From contig OZ024741.1 of NCBI GenBank assembly GCA_964016885.1, positions 95,852,001 through 95,916,000 on the forward strand: a stretch of 64,000 bases of DNA, given 5' to 3'. This document shows, in pieces, positions 15,908-29,901 of this stretch. Positions within the stretch are counted from its first letter, which is position 1. Every line of letters starts with the position of its first letter. The notes beneath the pieces were generated by a model. It worked only from the letters and a program-made list of their open reading frames with translations, was not told the origin of the DNA and made no database searches. Both the position numbers and the translations under genes were made by a program. Origin of the DNA: Eledone cirrhosa. Taxonomy: Eukaryota.

Positions 15908-16987
15908 TATTATTATTATCATCATTATTATCAAATAGCGATAGGGTGCGTAGAATGAGGGTTAGAATGTAATTAGAATGTCTAAGGAAAGAATCATTGG
16001 ACAGATTTTGTGGGTAAGCCTGACCGGTACGAAATCCAGAGGTTGACCACGCGCAGGGTTGGTCTCACTTGGGAATCTAGTCATATCAATTGGAGATGGT
16101 TGCTTCTGGTCTGACACTCCCAGAAGAAGAAGAAGAAGAAGATAAATATGAGAGAGCGATTGGGTATCAGAGACTTGAGAGCACAGGACAAGAAGAAGGA
16201 GAAGGTGAAAGGGAAGGGGAAGGAGAAGAGGAAAGAGGAGAAGAAGAAGAAAAGAATATGAATGAGGCAGAGAAGAAACTTGAAAGTAGAAGACAGAATC
16301 TTCCAGTATTTTGTTAATTACTCTTATTCTCAAAGTTAAAAAAAACTGTTGGGGGAAATTCAAATTTAAGAATCCTAGGTTCAATATGATAAATACCAAC
16401 CATATTTCTCAATTCCTTAGATTTCAATCATTATATGAGGTTCAGCTGAAACGTTCATAGGATGACTATGAAGAAGTGATGTTAGAACTTTAAAATCTTG
16501 CATGCATTAATTTCAACTCTTATTTATAACTGCATTGATTCTTTCCAGGAACTATGTTGAAAAATAAACCTCATTTGGATTCCATGAGAGTATCTAGTTC
16601 AGCTTATGAATTTTTCAGACTATGAACTTTTGAGCCGCTCCTCATATCGTGAACCTGATGGATGTCGTCTTAAAAGGATTTGAACGGAGCGTAAACTTAC
16701 GGCTCTACTGGTTTTGCTATCGCTGCGTCATATTAGACTTTATTAAATTGGAAAGTTACTACTTCACACACAAATTTATTGCATTAGAGCCATGATACAA
16801 ATATATGACTATCATAATTTGATATATCTAAATTTTAAATGTTAAGTAGTTCTTTATTTTGTTAGTGGAGTGAAATTAATATAAAAAAGTAGTACAGTGC
16901 ATCAATTTCTTACCATCATATCTGTCTACTTATTCAAACACACAAACTTTCTCTCTTTCTGTCTCTGTCTCTCTTTCTCCCTCTCTC

Positions 16988-17018
<31 letters not shown>

Positions 17019-17117
17019 CACACACATATACACACACATACACACAGACACACACAGACACTCACACACATACACATGCTTAAGTACACACCCATAAAAG
17101 GACATTTAAATACAAAT

Positions 17118-17297
17118 ATAATTGTTTCTACTTTAGGCACAAGGCCAGCAATTACCCAGTACATTACTGGTACTTTATTTTATCGACCCCGTAAGGATGA
17201 AAGGCAAAGTTAACCTCGGCGGGATTTGAACTCAGACTGTAACTATGCTAGAAAGCATGGAGTCCAACCGTCTACCGATACTGCCAATTCACCGCCC
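17118..17297 (-). mobile_element. tRNA-derived SINE copy
   Basis: Matches the family consensus. Confidence 0.85.
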
Positions 17298-17789
17298 CAG
17301 TATATATATTTAAATACAAATATAACGGCTCGTAAAATTTCTGACTAATCTAAATAGACAGTTAAGCGTTTACAAAGAAAGTTGAGTATATGAATCTTCC
17401 GTCTATTTCGACGATGACTATACCAGTTGATCGATAAATTTATTTGCCTATTTATTGAATAATATTGGAAGAGGCTGAGCATTTCACAAACACATGAGCT
17501 TTTAAGGTAATTTGCTGACAATAAATGACTTACAACGCTTAACATCTGAATCCCATGTACGACCCCCTCCAATGAACTTTGATACCGTTTCCGTAAAACT
17601 AATTTTCCTCAAAAGGCTGGAACAGAAGACAAGAGACTTACGTTAAAAGACATTTACCAAAGATTTCATCCCGCTAGATCGAACTCAAGGACTCGTATTT
17701 GCGGAGCGATCTAAACTTCTCAACTGCTCGGTCAGACATGGATTTACACACAGACACAAACACATGCATGCACGTACGCACACAGACAC

Positions 17790-17816
17790 ATAAATATATA
17801 TGTATATATATGTACA

Positions 17817-17855
<39 letters not shown>

Positions 17856-17888
17856 GTATGTGTATATATATACATATATATGTACGTA

Positions 17889-17942
<54 letters not shown>

Positions 17943-17952
17943 TACGTACATA

Positions 17953-18011
<59 letters not shown>

Positions 18012-18024
18012 TTATATATATATG

Positions 18025-18086
<62 letters not shown>

Positions 18087-18135
18087 ATGCACATCTTCGT
18101 ATATATATATACACACATATATATATATATATGTA

Positions 18136-18171
<36 letters not shown>

Positions 18172-18182
18172 TGCACATCTTC

Positions 18183-18239
<57 letters not shown>

Positions 18240-18340
18240 TCTTCATATATATATACATACATACACACACACATATATATATATAGGAAGATGTGCATAT
18301 ATATTTATATATATATATAACTGATATGTATCTGTATACA

Positions 18341-18391
<51 letters not shown>

Positions 18392-18782
18392 TAAATATAT
18401 ATATATATACATATGTGTGTGTGCGTGTCTGTGTGTGTCTGTATATATACATACATACAAACGCACACATATGCTATACACGTGCACACACATTGAGGCC
18501 TGCAGTTGATATGAGTACCATTAAGGAAATGCATCTCAGAACTGACAAGTCTGTTGTCAGCTACAGTCAAATTGTGCAAGTTGGACCACACAATCAATAA
18601 GTACAAAACAAGGAAATCGTGAAACAAGTGAATGCAATGATCAGAAAAGAATAAAAATACAAACAAGTCATCAGCTATAAGTAAAAGGCTGTTGGCAGCG
18701 AATCGTTCAATTCAACAGCCAGTGTCATTTATATATTCTCAGTCTGTATATATATATATATGTATGTATACTTATGTATATT

Positions 18783-18814
<32 letters not shown>

Positions 18815-18890
18815 TGTATGTATGTATGTATGTATGTATGTATGTATGTATGTATGTATGTATGCATGTATGTAAGTATATATATATGTA

Positions 18891-18937
<47 letters not shown>

Positions 18938-18971
18938 GTATATGTATATATATATATACATATATACATAT

Positions 18972-19020
<49 letters not shown>

Positions 19021-19049
19021 AGTATATATAAATATACGTATATATATAA

Positions 19050-19093
<44 letters not shown>

Positions 19094-19668
19094 GTATATA
19101 TAAATATATGTTTATATATGTACATATAGATATATGTATCTATCTATCTTTACACACACACAACACATGTATATATATATATATATATATATATTTGTGA
19201 TGGTATGTATGTGTGCATTTATTTATATACACAGACATATATAAATCTGTACATGTACGTATGAATGTATGTTTGTATGTATGTACGTATGTATTCATAT
19301 ATATATATATGTATAAATATATGTGTGTATGTATATATCTGTATGTACGTATGAATATTTAGACATTCATTGCGTAGATAACTTCATCTTCATGTTCCAT
19401 GACTGCCCATACATGTCACTTTGCTATGGTTTATTTTGCAATACCTGGATGACTCACCCAGTCTAAGTGTTTATATATGTTTATACACACACAGACACGC
19501 CCCCCCCCCCCAGACCAGACACCCTCTCTCTCTCTTTCTCTCTCTTTCTCCCTCATGCACACATGCATATATATCTATATATGTATATATATATATATAT
19601 ATGTATATATTTGTAAATCTGTCTATCTAGCGATATATATATATCGGTAGATAGATATTTAGATATAT

Positions 19669-19740
<72 letters not shown>

Positions 19741-19930
19741 TTCTATCGATATATATAATTGGAAATCGGTAAAATCGAATCTCTGGCGGTTTGCAAGTGT
19801 ATTCGGCCTACTTATATGAAATATATATATATATATATATATATGTATTAAATATATATATATATATATATAGATAGATATAGATATATATGTATATGTA
19901 TACATATATATATATATATATATATATTTA
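17790..19930. repeat. Extensive (TA)n/(TATG)n/(CA)n low-complexity region with short unique inserts
   Basis: Direct reading. Confidence 0.9.
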
Positions 19931-20466
19931 TGGATTTATACATGTATGTATATAAGTATGCACATATGTATGTACGTATGCATATATTTGTTTATGTATA
20001 CGCTACAAAAGCAAAATCTTCACTGAAAACATACTTCTATGATTTATACATTAATGCATTTTTCTTCCTACTACGTCAGCATAATAAAAACAGTTCTACT
20101 TTCGTTGAATATGTACAACGTATAGTTTAAATGTAATATGGTTGAGGGGCAATGCTACAGAGTAGACTTTTGTATATTAAATATACATACACTAGCCTCT
20201 CATATATACATTTTACCAAGCTGAAAAACTTCAGTCAATAGTGCTTATCCTTATCCATTCAATTATTACACGAATCTACGTGTTTAAAATCTAGAAACAA
20301 ACAAGGAGATTTCCCAAATTAATCGTTGGTCGAACTGTTCCGACAATACTGTAATGTTGATTAGCGATAGCGATGAAATGTTTCTGCGTTGTTAGACCTT
20401 GTCAGTGAAGTGTGTGCAACGCATTTGGAAGGACTAACTGATCAGTATACTTTTATATATGTATAT

Positions 20467-20577
<111 letters not shown>

Positions 20578-20595
20578 ATATATATATGTGTGTAT

Positions 20596-20646
<51 letters not shown>

Positions 20647-21111
20647 CCGATTCCAATCTATAATGGAGCCTAGAGCCAAGCTGATTCTAAACGATTAAGG
20701 TTCAGTGCTGGTCATTTGCGAAACGATACGATGTCACAAAGTAGGTGTTTTTGTGTGTGAAAGTGCGCTAATTAAATATATACATATACACCAGGTCTGA
20801 ACATAAAGGAACCAAACTCCTACTGTCACTGCCTCCGTTTCTCCCGCTCACCCCATCTTACAGTATTATGAGCAAATGCGAAACGTGTGTTACCTGTGAT
20901 TACGAACAAACTATACTGAAGTAAAATTTCCATATCTTTCTTAATATAAACACGCTGCATATTACACCATTAACAAACAGATACCAATATTAATCGACAC
21001 TTTTTAACACTGAACATCCAATTCACGTATAAAACATTGAGTGTTGGAACAGGTAATTAATGTTATTCAACAACTGGCTATATATATATAAGAGAGGCCG
21101 GAAGATAGGTA

Positions 21112-21156
21112 AATATTGCTGATGAGATGTAACAACATCGAAACTAGTCCAATATT
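21112..21156 (+). ncRNA. Type I hammerhead ribozyme (copy 1)
   Basis: AATATTG-CTGATGA-GATGT(aaca)ACATC-GAAA-CTAG-TC^CAATATT: 7-bp stem I, intact core, 5-bp stem II, palindromic stem III, GUC cleavage triplet. Confidence 0.9.
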
Positions 21157-21576
21157 CCTTGTCTGGCTTTCTGGAGAATAGAGGAAAGGTGTTTCCTCAA
21201 AAACCAGTATGACTCTAAAAACCGGGTTGTCTGTGTGTTTACATACAGAATAGCTGGACACTCACAGTAAAGTGACCAGTGAAAACTCGGTACATCTACA
21301 TATGTACACGTGTGTGTATTCATATGCATACTAGTATTTCAGTATACATATGTGGATGTACATTTTTAACTTAATTGTTTAAACGTCAGTCATACAAAAG
21401 TGAGTTACAAACGAAACGAAATTTAATTTCGTTTCGTTATTTGTTTTTATCGTCTCCGTTGAACCGGTACGTACTCACGCTCTATGCAAATTGGTCTGCC
21501 CACTACTAATTTTCATAGAAAAAGCATATAACGATATGTGCTTTCACGATTCTCTAGAGAGGCCGGAAGATAGGTA

Positions 21577-21621
21577 AATATTGCTGATGAGATGTAACAA
21601 CATCGAAACTAGTCCAATATT
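21577..21621 (+). ncRNA. Type I hammerhead ribozyme (copy 2)
   Basis: Identical to copy 1, 465 nt downstream. Confidence 0.9.
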
Positions 21622-21908
21622 CCTTGTCTGGCTTTCTGGAGAATAGAGGAAAGGTGTTTCCTCAAAAACCAGTATGACTCTAAAAACCGGTTTGTCTGTG
21701 TATTTACATACAGAATAGCTGGACACTCACAGTAAAGTGACCAGTGAAAACTCGGTACATCTACATATGTACACGTGTGTGTATTCATATGCATACTAGT
21801 ATTTCAGTATACATATGTGGATGTACATTTTTAACTTAATTGTTTAAGCGTCAGTCATACAAAAGTGAGTTACAAACGAAACGAAATTTAATTTCGTTTC
21901 GTTATTTG

Positions 21909-22000
<92 letters not shown>

Positions 22001-22009
22001 AGGAAGGAG

Positions 22010-22126
22010 ATGTGGTAAGGAACCAGATGGACCATAACACACCAGAGTACTCAATACTTAGGGTAGTAGAGTGGGTAATAGGAAAATATTTGACTTCGAC
22101 GGCAGAACTCAAGCCTTTTCGACGGC
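22010..22126 (-). mobile_element. (TA)n-embedded short repeat family carrying the 3' half of a hammerhead (Penelope pLTR-like)
   Basis: Other copies at about 22867-22934, 43795-43860, 44280-44505, 56198-56327 and 58795-59201. All adjoin (TA)n. Confidence 0.65.
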
Positions 22127-22974
22127 TATATATATATTATGAATGACGTTGAATATGAATATTAACAACATAGGAGAGAAAAAATATCTCAGGCGAGTGT
22201 TCTCCATACTAAATACTCTAACTGCAGTATTTTCGTGTGTAATATGAAGAGTTAAAAATCCTCGATCACAAGGGATTAGTTTATAAAATTTCCATTAAGA
22301 AGTATTTATAATCTAAGAAGTATTTATAATCTAAAACGAAGAATCAAGGAAGACAACTCAAATGTCACCAGTTGTTCAATATTTTTGTACATTACAGACA
22401 ATGCTGATTGAAAGTATTCTTGTCTCAAGGGAGGTGGAAGCATTTCTAAAGTGGGGGAGCCAAATTTGGACAATTTAGTTGTAGTGATTAGTTTAGCTCT
22501 CTGCACTCTAAAATGGCCAGAAAACTTCGATATGCGATAAACAAAGTACGTACATAAATTATAGCGCATATCCAAATAAACAAATAAATGTGTGTTTTGG
22601 TAGTTTGGGGAGAAAATATAATAATTGGAGGGGAGTACCCCCCCCCCCCCCGTTCTACCTTGCATATATATATATAATAAAAAAAAAACGCTCTGTGCCC
22701 TGTCCTAAGGAGTTAATATATCGAGCTTCTTCGAATTTGGTAAGAACTGGTATTATGCCTAAAGCTTTAAACTAATATATTCCTTTCATATACTGTACCG
22801 ATGATTGGTTTGTTATTTCTGTTTACCTTTTACATTTTACACACACACACACATATATATATATATACTACCCTAAGTATCGAGTACTCTGGTGCGTTAT
22901 GGTCCACCTGGTTCCTTACCACACTCCCTTCGTTATATATATATATATATATATACACATACATACATTAATTT

Positions 22975-23146
22975 ATTATGGCTATTGGAGAGCTTTGTTA
23001 CTCTAAAGTTTCACCTGCGGACTCCCGTGATCACCAGCCTTGTTTGATGATACTGTGAGTATGTAGGTGAAACTCCAGAGTAACAAGGCTTAGCCATAAT
23101 AAATGAATATTTAAACTCTACTTCGGTATTGAGTTTTCATTCTTAC
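22975..23146 (+). ncRNA. Foldback element with a degenerate type I hammerhead (23036-23090)
   Basis: AGCCTTGT-TTGATGA-[stem II]-GAAA-CTCCAGAG-TA^ACAAGGCT with an 8-bp stem I and C3->U. An inverted partial copy overlaps on the minus strand. Confidence 0.6.
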
Positions 23147-23165
23147 GTCCGTCAATAATTCGCGC

Positions 23166-23459
23166 ACTCTCTTGAATAATCGTCCCCCCGCTATAAATTT
23201 GTCAGATTTTTATCCATCTCGCCCGGTTTTATTACATCCACCCACCAGCTTATTATATTTTGCTAATCTCCAGCGAAATTTTATTGTAAGTGATTCATAT
23301 TGATACAGCAGCTAGAGAATCTAATAATAATTATAAATGACAAAAGAACATTACGAGAAATCCCATATTTTCGAACGTACACTATACTATTACTGATTTC
23401 CCAAGACCCCACCCCGCTCCATTACTGCCACCCCTCCTATTATTTGGGACCCGAGAGTA
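23166..23459. mobile_element. Probable degenerate MITE
   Basis: Ends ACTCTC...AATAAT..CCCCC and CCCTCCTATTATTTGGGACCCGAGAGTA form imperfect inverted termini. Confidence 0.4.
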
Positions 23460-25310
23460 CCACCAAACTCTCCTCCTCTCTATGTCTATCCCACAGAACT
23501 CTCTTTTAATCCCCCTCTCTGTATCTACTAAAACCAAAATCTCCCCCTCTCTATATCTACCACGACACCGCCTCTCTTATCCCACTCTCTATATCTAAGA
23601 TTAATGCACACTTTCACTCTCTAAAAATATCTACACTTATCTCTCCCAATCCCCCTCTGTATATCAATCATCCCGAAACTCTCAACCTCTCTATATCTAC
23701 TACACGGCACTCTCTCATTATCCCTCGTTGTGTATATACAAACACCAAATTCTACCCCTCTCTATATCAATTTGCACAAAACTCTCCCCTCTCTATATCT
23801 GATATACAGAACACTCTTCCAATCCCCCTCTCTATATCAATTAACACAAAACTCCCCCTCTCTATAACTACTATACGCAACTCCCTTCGAATCTCCCTCT
23901 CAATATCAATAAACATCAATCTCTTCCCCTCTCTATATCAATTACCACTTGATATAGACGTGAATTACTTCGCTCCGGACTTTTACGGATTATTGTCAAA
24001 AAAATTGTGAGTTCATTGCTCAATTTAATAGCATTGTTTAGTTTAACCCTTTGCCTGGGCCGTCAGACGTTGAGTCAACTAATTTTCGCCCCTTTCTGGG
24101 GCGAAATTTTCATTTTCATCTTAAAACTGTGTAGACTTGGTAGTCAGCAATGGATGCCATTTCCACCTCGCACACTGTCGTGAGTGCCACGCCCACTGAG
24201 AAAAGTGGTGGAAGGAAGGTAGGAGTACAAAGCTTGCAGCCTTCCCCCCTAGCATTATCGAAAAACGTTGAAAATATTGAAACCACGAAACCAAACCCGG
24301 TAAATAATACCAGCACCAACAACAAGAACAATGACAATAACACCACAACCAGCAACTGCAACAATAGCAACACCAAGGAAAACATGAACAATATTACCAA
24401 CAGTGACAACAACAGCAGCAACAAAAAAGACAACACCAAAACAACATTCGCAAAGACTGTAAAAAAAAAACGAACTATACACGCTAATAGACATAACAAA
24501 TGCTAAACAACTATTACAAGACGCAAAACAATTCGTGACTTTTGGCGAAAACGGTGCTTTTAGCATCAATTCTCCACAGGAATTACGTAGAGAGGCGGTT
24601 TTCCTCTGTGTGATAGCTATGGCGAAAGAAGTTGTATGGTGGACAAGGTTGAAAGGGCTGAGGTCAGATACTTTTCTCTCCGGCCAACAACTGGTCTTTT
24701 TTTTCAAGTACCACTTTAGAAAAAGGATCAGAATGGAGAGAGAGGTGCTCTACCCCAGCAAGTTTTATGAAAGGCGGGTGAAAGTAGCGAGAATGGCCCG
24801 AGTGAATGGGCCTTCTCTCTATATCAGCCTGTAGGTGAGAGAGGAGAAGAATGAGATGAGGAAGGAAGCACCCGCTCTTTGTACTCCTGAAGAGGAGGGT
24901 TGCACATTTTTTCGGGGGTGTGTGCGACCCATGTCAACGCCCCTCCCTATTGAGGACATCGATTGTTAAATTTAATTTGTTATATGTTTTTTACACGTCT
25001 TTTTAAACGTATGTAAACTCCCCCTTTGTATTTGTCCCAATCTTTGATGCCCTGGTGGCAAATAAATAGAAATTTATATCTAATATACAACATTCTCTCC
25101 CAATCCCCCTCTCTATATCAATTAACACCAAACTAATCCCCTCTGTATATCTACTACACGGTACTATCTTCCAATCCCCCTCTCAATATCAATAAACATC
25201 ATTCTCTCCCCTTCTCCATATTTAATAGACAACACACTCCCAACCTTCCTCTCTATATCAATTACCACCAAACTTTCCCCCTCTCTATATCTATATCTAT
25301 CTCTCCCGTC
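23460..25310. repeat. Degenerate CCCCCTCTCTATATC-based minisatellite, interrupted at about 23960-25075
   Basis: The recurring core is seen on both sides of the insertion. Confidence 0.75.
23960..25075 (+). mobile_element. Internally deleted Tx1/L1-like LINE
   Basis: Low-complexity ORF1-like start (24150-24506) joined to an ORF2 C-terminal-like segment (AKEVVWWTR...FFFKYHFRKRIRMERE). The 3' UTR with AATAAA is shared with 40738-40797. Confidence 0.5.
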
Positions 25311-26099
25311 TCTCTCTGCATTACATGTACATAAATTGTAGCGCATATACAAATAGATGTGTGTTTTAATAGTTTGGGAAGAAAAAAGATAATCATGGGG
25401 GTGGGCGGTGGGCGACCCCCCACCCCCACCCAGTCCCATCACCCCTGGGACTTTAACGTCAGCTGGTGAAAGCAACGGACAAGTTTTGATCGTATTTGAC
25501 CTCCGTAAAGAATTATATCCTACTTAGTTCGCAATACATACACTGAGAAAGAGTTTGTATTGTGATCATCAACAATATATATATTCCTTTATCTCAAATT
25601 AGAATTCACCGCCTAAGCGGGGGGGTTACCTCCCTTGGATTAAACCACGTGTCTGTGGCGACATTTAAAGCTACAACATACCCGCTCAGGCTAAGAACGA
25701 AAGACTTGCTGAAGAAGTAAATCCTATATTCTGTCGTCAAAAACCATTATATTGCAGACTACTGCAATAGGAATTTGTCGATCTTGGATTTGCAGAACTT
25801 AGCGCTGATGTTGGATGCTATATGTGATGTATATTGTTGATATACGATGTAAGTTATATATTTTGCACTCAGCCTCACCGCTATGTCCGGGTCAGTATAA
25901 AATCTTTTCCTGGGTCCTGTATTTTCGTTGCTCCAGTGATGCGGCTGGACTGCCGACCGCTATATCTGATTTGCTAAGCTGTCTGAACGTAATGTTATTA
26001 CTCTGGGGTCTTTCCTCATCTGAGTGCTCAAGTTACAGACCGATTATGCATATACGCTATCTTGGCCGTATTCTAAAGCTTCGTCAATGCTGTACTAAA

Positions 26100-26132
<33 letters not shown>

Positions 26133-26135
<3 letters not shown>

Positions 26136-26635
26136 TGTACCCCCCGACATTCGCGGCCCAGGCATTCTGTGGTCTCGGTTATTTGCGCATTTTCTTAGAA
26201 CCTAACTAAAAATAGTTCGTGGAAACCACTGTATATTCGCGGAATCGTAAATATTTTCTGCGATTTTTTAATGGCTTTTTTCGTGGCAATATATATATAT
26301 TTTCAGGCGTTTTAACGCTAAATTATTGATAACAATATACCGTATTTGCCGGCCTATATTTTATTTATGTTTTGTCGTTAACATGAGGAAATTGTACCAC
26401 CTAAAGCAATATTTGTATGAAAATCTGAAATAAGGGCACCAAAAATATGTTTGGTTAAAATTTCTTTCATCTGTTGATCAGGGTAAGAAATTGCTAAAAT
26501 CAATAAAAGAATAACAAATGGAAACAGCCCAACTTTCCGTTTATAGGGATTTTTATGAACCACGTCCAATATTCGCGGTTTTAAACTCTTCACTGGTGTT
26601 CTAGGAACGTAACCTCCGCGAATACCGGGGGACAA

Positions 26636-26638
<3 letters not shown>
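26133..26638. mobile_element. Tc1/mariner-pogo (Tigger-like) MITE
   Basis: TA|CAGTGTACCCCCCGACATTCGCGG ... CCGCGAATACCGGGGGACAACTG|TA imperfect TIRs with TA flanks. Confidence 0.75.
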
Positions 26639-26675
<37 letters not shown>

Positions 26676-26772
26676 ATAATAATAAATTTGAAGACTAAAA
26701 TCTGAGTTTCAGAAGATCCCGTTAAGGGTGAAAGCAGCGATTCTTTGCTTAAACTTTAATCTGTTATTTTAA

Positions 26773-26835
<63 letters not shown>

Positions 26836-27504
26836 GCATACACACACGTATGTTTATGTATGTATGCATGAAACTGCTAGTAAGTACACAAGCGGTAATG
26901 TGAATATAGTCAGAATTAGAGGGTCCTTCGTATTTTTGCCATAAAATTGATAATGTTCTTTTTATTACACTATTTTGTAGTAACAAAGCGGCTTTTGTAG
27001 CTTAGCCCCAGAACTGCATTGAGTAGACCTATGATCGAAAGTATTCCAACATTGACCTTCTCATCTAGGACTACATTATCTCTTTTTTAACACAGAACGA
27101 ACGAACGTGTATGTACTCACCTGTTTTTTTAGAAATAGCAGTCAATTCAACTCTCTCCCATCACACTTAACCATATTAATGAAAGGGTTATTGTTGTTTC
27201 TGTTATATATTTTCTGTTATATATTTCTGCTATCTGCTTTCTCGTCTTTATTAAAATTGAATACGGCAATAGTGATTTTATGACAGTCGTTAATAGGGAT
27301 CAGCGATGATGTTGTGTTTAAAAGATGTTTCTATGTGAATGACGATGATTGTACGAGAGTGGCGCTTTTGTTTTTGTTATTGTGATCGTAATTTAACTCC
27401 AGGTGCATTCCAGTGAATATAATTTTGATCAAAGATGTTTCAGTTATGACTATCTCATAGTTTTAAGGAGTATGTAAACTACATTAACTATCCTGACCCA
27501 TAAG

Positions 27505-28060
27505 AAAAATAATGATTTCTACTATAGGCACAAGGCCAACAATTTGGAGGGAGGGGAAAATCGATTAAATCGACACGAGTGCATTACTGGTGCTTTAGTT
27601 TATCGACCCGTAAGGATGAAAGGCAAAGCTAACCTCGGTGGAATTTGAACACATAATGTAAAGGGCCGTAATTCTATGCTGAAAAGCATGCCCGATAAGA
27701 AAATAATTGTTTCTACTTTTGGCACAAGGCCAGCAGTTATCCAGTACATTACTGGTACTTTATTTTATCGACCCCGTAAGGTTGAAAGGCAAAGATAACC
27801 TCGACGGGATTTGAACTCAGACCGAAAAGGGACGTAACTATGCTGGAGAGCATGGCGTCCGACCCTCAAATAATTGTTTCTACTTTTGGCACAAGGCCAG
27901 CAATGACCCAGTGTATTACTGGTACTTTATTTTATCGACCCCGTAAGGATGAAAGGCAAAGTTAACCTCGTCGGGATTTGAACTCAGATCATAAAGGCGC
28001 GTAACTCTATGCTTCAAAGCATGGTGTCCGACTCTCTACCGATACTGCTAATCTACCGAC
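27505..28060 (-). mobile_element. Three head-to-tail tRNA-SINE copies
   Basis: Units start near 27507, 27702 and 27869, each with the AATAAT(T)G.TTCTACT tail. Confidence 0.85.
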
Positions 28061-28608
28061 CCTCAAATAATGTTTTGAAAACATGCTTATTAGCATACAG
28101 TAGTATGACTCAACTGATTTTTTCTCTCAATGTAAAAATTTGTGACTTTTCGTGGCTATCGATTCTTCCCTAAAATTTCTATTTGTATAAGCCAACAGAG
28201 TTTTTAGACTGCATCGAATGTTTTTGGTATATTTTCCATAATGTTCTTTTTACATTTATGTGTATGATGTGCCCACCACGGTAACTTTATTGAATATACG
28301 GATTGTGTGGGCCAATGCGTTTCTGAAGGAAATTGTATCTATGAGTATTATATAATTGATATGAATGTTGCCTGTCAATATTAACCGTTTCAAGAGTTTC
28401 GTGTGTTAAAAATGATATCGTTTCGGTCAAAATGCTGCAAACAATTTAGATACGTGCATCTACATTCTGAATTCCAAGTCAGGGAGGACTTTGTATTCCA
28501 TGTATCGAAAGTAAATAAAATAAGTTACAGCAAATATATTGATGACACTTCAATTGACTATACACGTCTTGAAAACGTTGTCGCCTTGTAGCAATTTGTC
28601 TAGTTCAG

Positions 28609-29000
28609 TGTATGGTAGAATCGGTAGAACTCCTGAGAAAATGACTTGGAGTCGGGATGTGACACAATTGATAGTGTTTCAGGAAAACTGTCATGGGATC
28701 GCCGTATGGTAGAATCGGTAGAGCTCCGGAGAAAATGACTTGGAGTCGGGATGTGACACAATTGATAGTGTTTCAGGAAAACTGTCATGGTTCGCTGTAT
28801 GGTAGAATCGGTAGAACTCCTGAGAAAATGACTTGGAGTCGGGATGTGACACAATTGATAGTGTTTCAGGAAAACTGTCATGGGATCGCTGTATGGTAGA
28901 ATCGGTAGAGCTCCAGAGAAAATGACTTGGAGTCGGGATGTGGGACAATTGGTAGTGTTTCAGGAAAACTGTCATGGGTCGCTGTATGGTAGGATTGGTA
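28609..29000 (+). repeat. Tandem repeat, 94/93-bp units x about 4.2
   Basis: GTATGGTAG starts at 28610, 28704, 28797, 28891 and 28984. Confidence 0.95.
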
Positions 29001-29705
29001 TGTCATATTTAGTTACTTCCCTCGTTATTCTGGTTGGAATTCAAGCGGGATCAAATGAATTTTTAAATATTTATTCCCGATGTCGATGAAATAAATATCA
29101 ACAAGCTGCTGTTGTTGATTTAATCAGTCATACACTCCCCCAAATTTGTATCCTTGTATCAACGCAAGAAATCAATATTGATCTTTCCTCCTCGATAATT
29201 ACAATCGGCTGGTGTATTGGCAGAATTATTGGAACAGCATTTATATATTTCCCTTTACTGTCAGACTTTAAATCATGTCGAGGCCGATTTGCCTTTCATT
29301 CTTCTGATGTCAATAAAATAAGTACTATACAAGCATCGGGATAAATAAGATTGAGTATAACCCTTCCCCAATAAGCGTGACTAATCGATATTTCATGGCA
29401 AAAGAATATGGGATATGAATTTGTTTTAGGAGAACATTTCTTCTGGTAACGTTTGAAGTTACAACTGTTTTCTTTTTATTTTTTCATACAAACAGAAAGA
29501 ACATTTGTCGGAAAAAAACGATTGGATCTCTATCTGACTGCTCGAAGGAAACGAAATAGAAGCTAAATCTCCCTCAAATCTAAAGCAAAATATTTATAAA
29601 GTGACATATTGGAAAATATATAAAAAAAAAAAGAAATGACATGGTCATAGCTGGAATAGTTTCTGATTGTATGTCTACTCTGTCAGAGCTAGCTTAGAGC
29701 TAACA

Positions 29706-29901
29706 ATAATAATTGTTTCTACTTTTGGCACAAGGCCAGCAATTACCCAGTACATTACTGGTACTTTATTTTATCGACCCAATAAGGACGAAAGGCAAAG
29801 TTAACCTCGGCGGGATTTGAACTCAGAATGGCAAGGGCCGTAACTCTATGCTGGAAAGCATGGTGTCCGACCCTCTATCGATACTGCCAATCTACCGCCC
29901 C
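29706..29901 (-). mobile_element. tRNA-derived SINE copy
   Basis: Matches the family consensus. Confidence 0.85.

Larger units (their letters stand above)
21091..21913 (+). mobile_element. Retrozyme-like / Penelope pLTR-like element: two 358-bp direct repeats (21091-21448, 21556-21913) with a 107-bp spacer
   Basis: The repeats differ at about 3 positions by eye, with a 465-bp period. Each holds a complete hammerhead. (TA)n on both flanks. Confidence 0.85.

Noticed and set aside
28609-29000. CRISPR-like array
   Set aside because: Units are contiguous with no unique spacers, there are no cas genes, and the context is eukaryotic.
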